NCBI GenBank assembly: GCA_964593065.1
Contig: CAZQGO010000009.1
Location: 20,702-84,701, forward strand
DNA from: an uncultured bacterium
GTDB taxonomy: Bacteria; Oederibacteriota; JAAXVQ01
DNA: 64,000 nucleotides
Reading direction: 5' to 3'
A program made the translations under genes and the position numbers. The notes beneath the pieces were generated by a model. It was not told the DNA's origin, did not search any database, and worked only from the letters and a program-made list of their open reading frames with translations. Every line of letters starts with the position of its first letter. The stretch's first letter is position 1. Positions 64,000-64,000 of this stretch are shown one piece after another.

Positions 64000-64000
64000 A

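Noticed and set aside
1-64000. Assignment to a named candidate phylum
   Set aside because: Giant genes and the T9SS-like tail are suggestive, but placement needs marker-gene phylogeny that cannot be run here.

Overview
High-GC bacterial chromosome segment; the lineage cannot be determined from sequence alone. It opens with a 5'-truncated giant membrane-anchored multi-enzyme gene (at least 5,759 codons, 2..17281). A second giant gene, missed by the ORF track, starts at 54001 and is still open at the window end (at least 3,333 codons). Between them lie rplM-rpsI and a dcw cluster (mraZ, STAS, rsmH, ftsL, ftsI, murE, murF, mraY, PilZ, murD, ftsW, murG, murC, ddl, ftsQ-like, ftsA, ftsZ, amidase; no murB), then a beta-propeller lipoprotein and glgA. 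tRNA-Glu(TTC) acts as an integration hotspot with two downstream copies of its 3' end. These enclose palindromic-repeat-bounded HEPN-like and Ssn-type GIY-YIG genes and a MarR/EmrAB/TolC efflux operon. Then come GH5-CBM-CTD, a cold-shock protein, a WxxGxW-repeat protein and a GH52 beta-xylosidase. Main novelty candidates: (1) giant protein 1 looks like a polyprotein, with two internal twin-arginine/lipobox signals bracketed by two CPBP-like intramembrane protease modules, plus many sugar-metabolism and modifying domains; (2) single-gene cassettes bounded by Ssn-associated palindromes; (3) PilZ and STAS signalling genes inserted in the dcw operon. All domain calls are from manual motif reading, not database searches.
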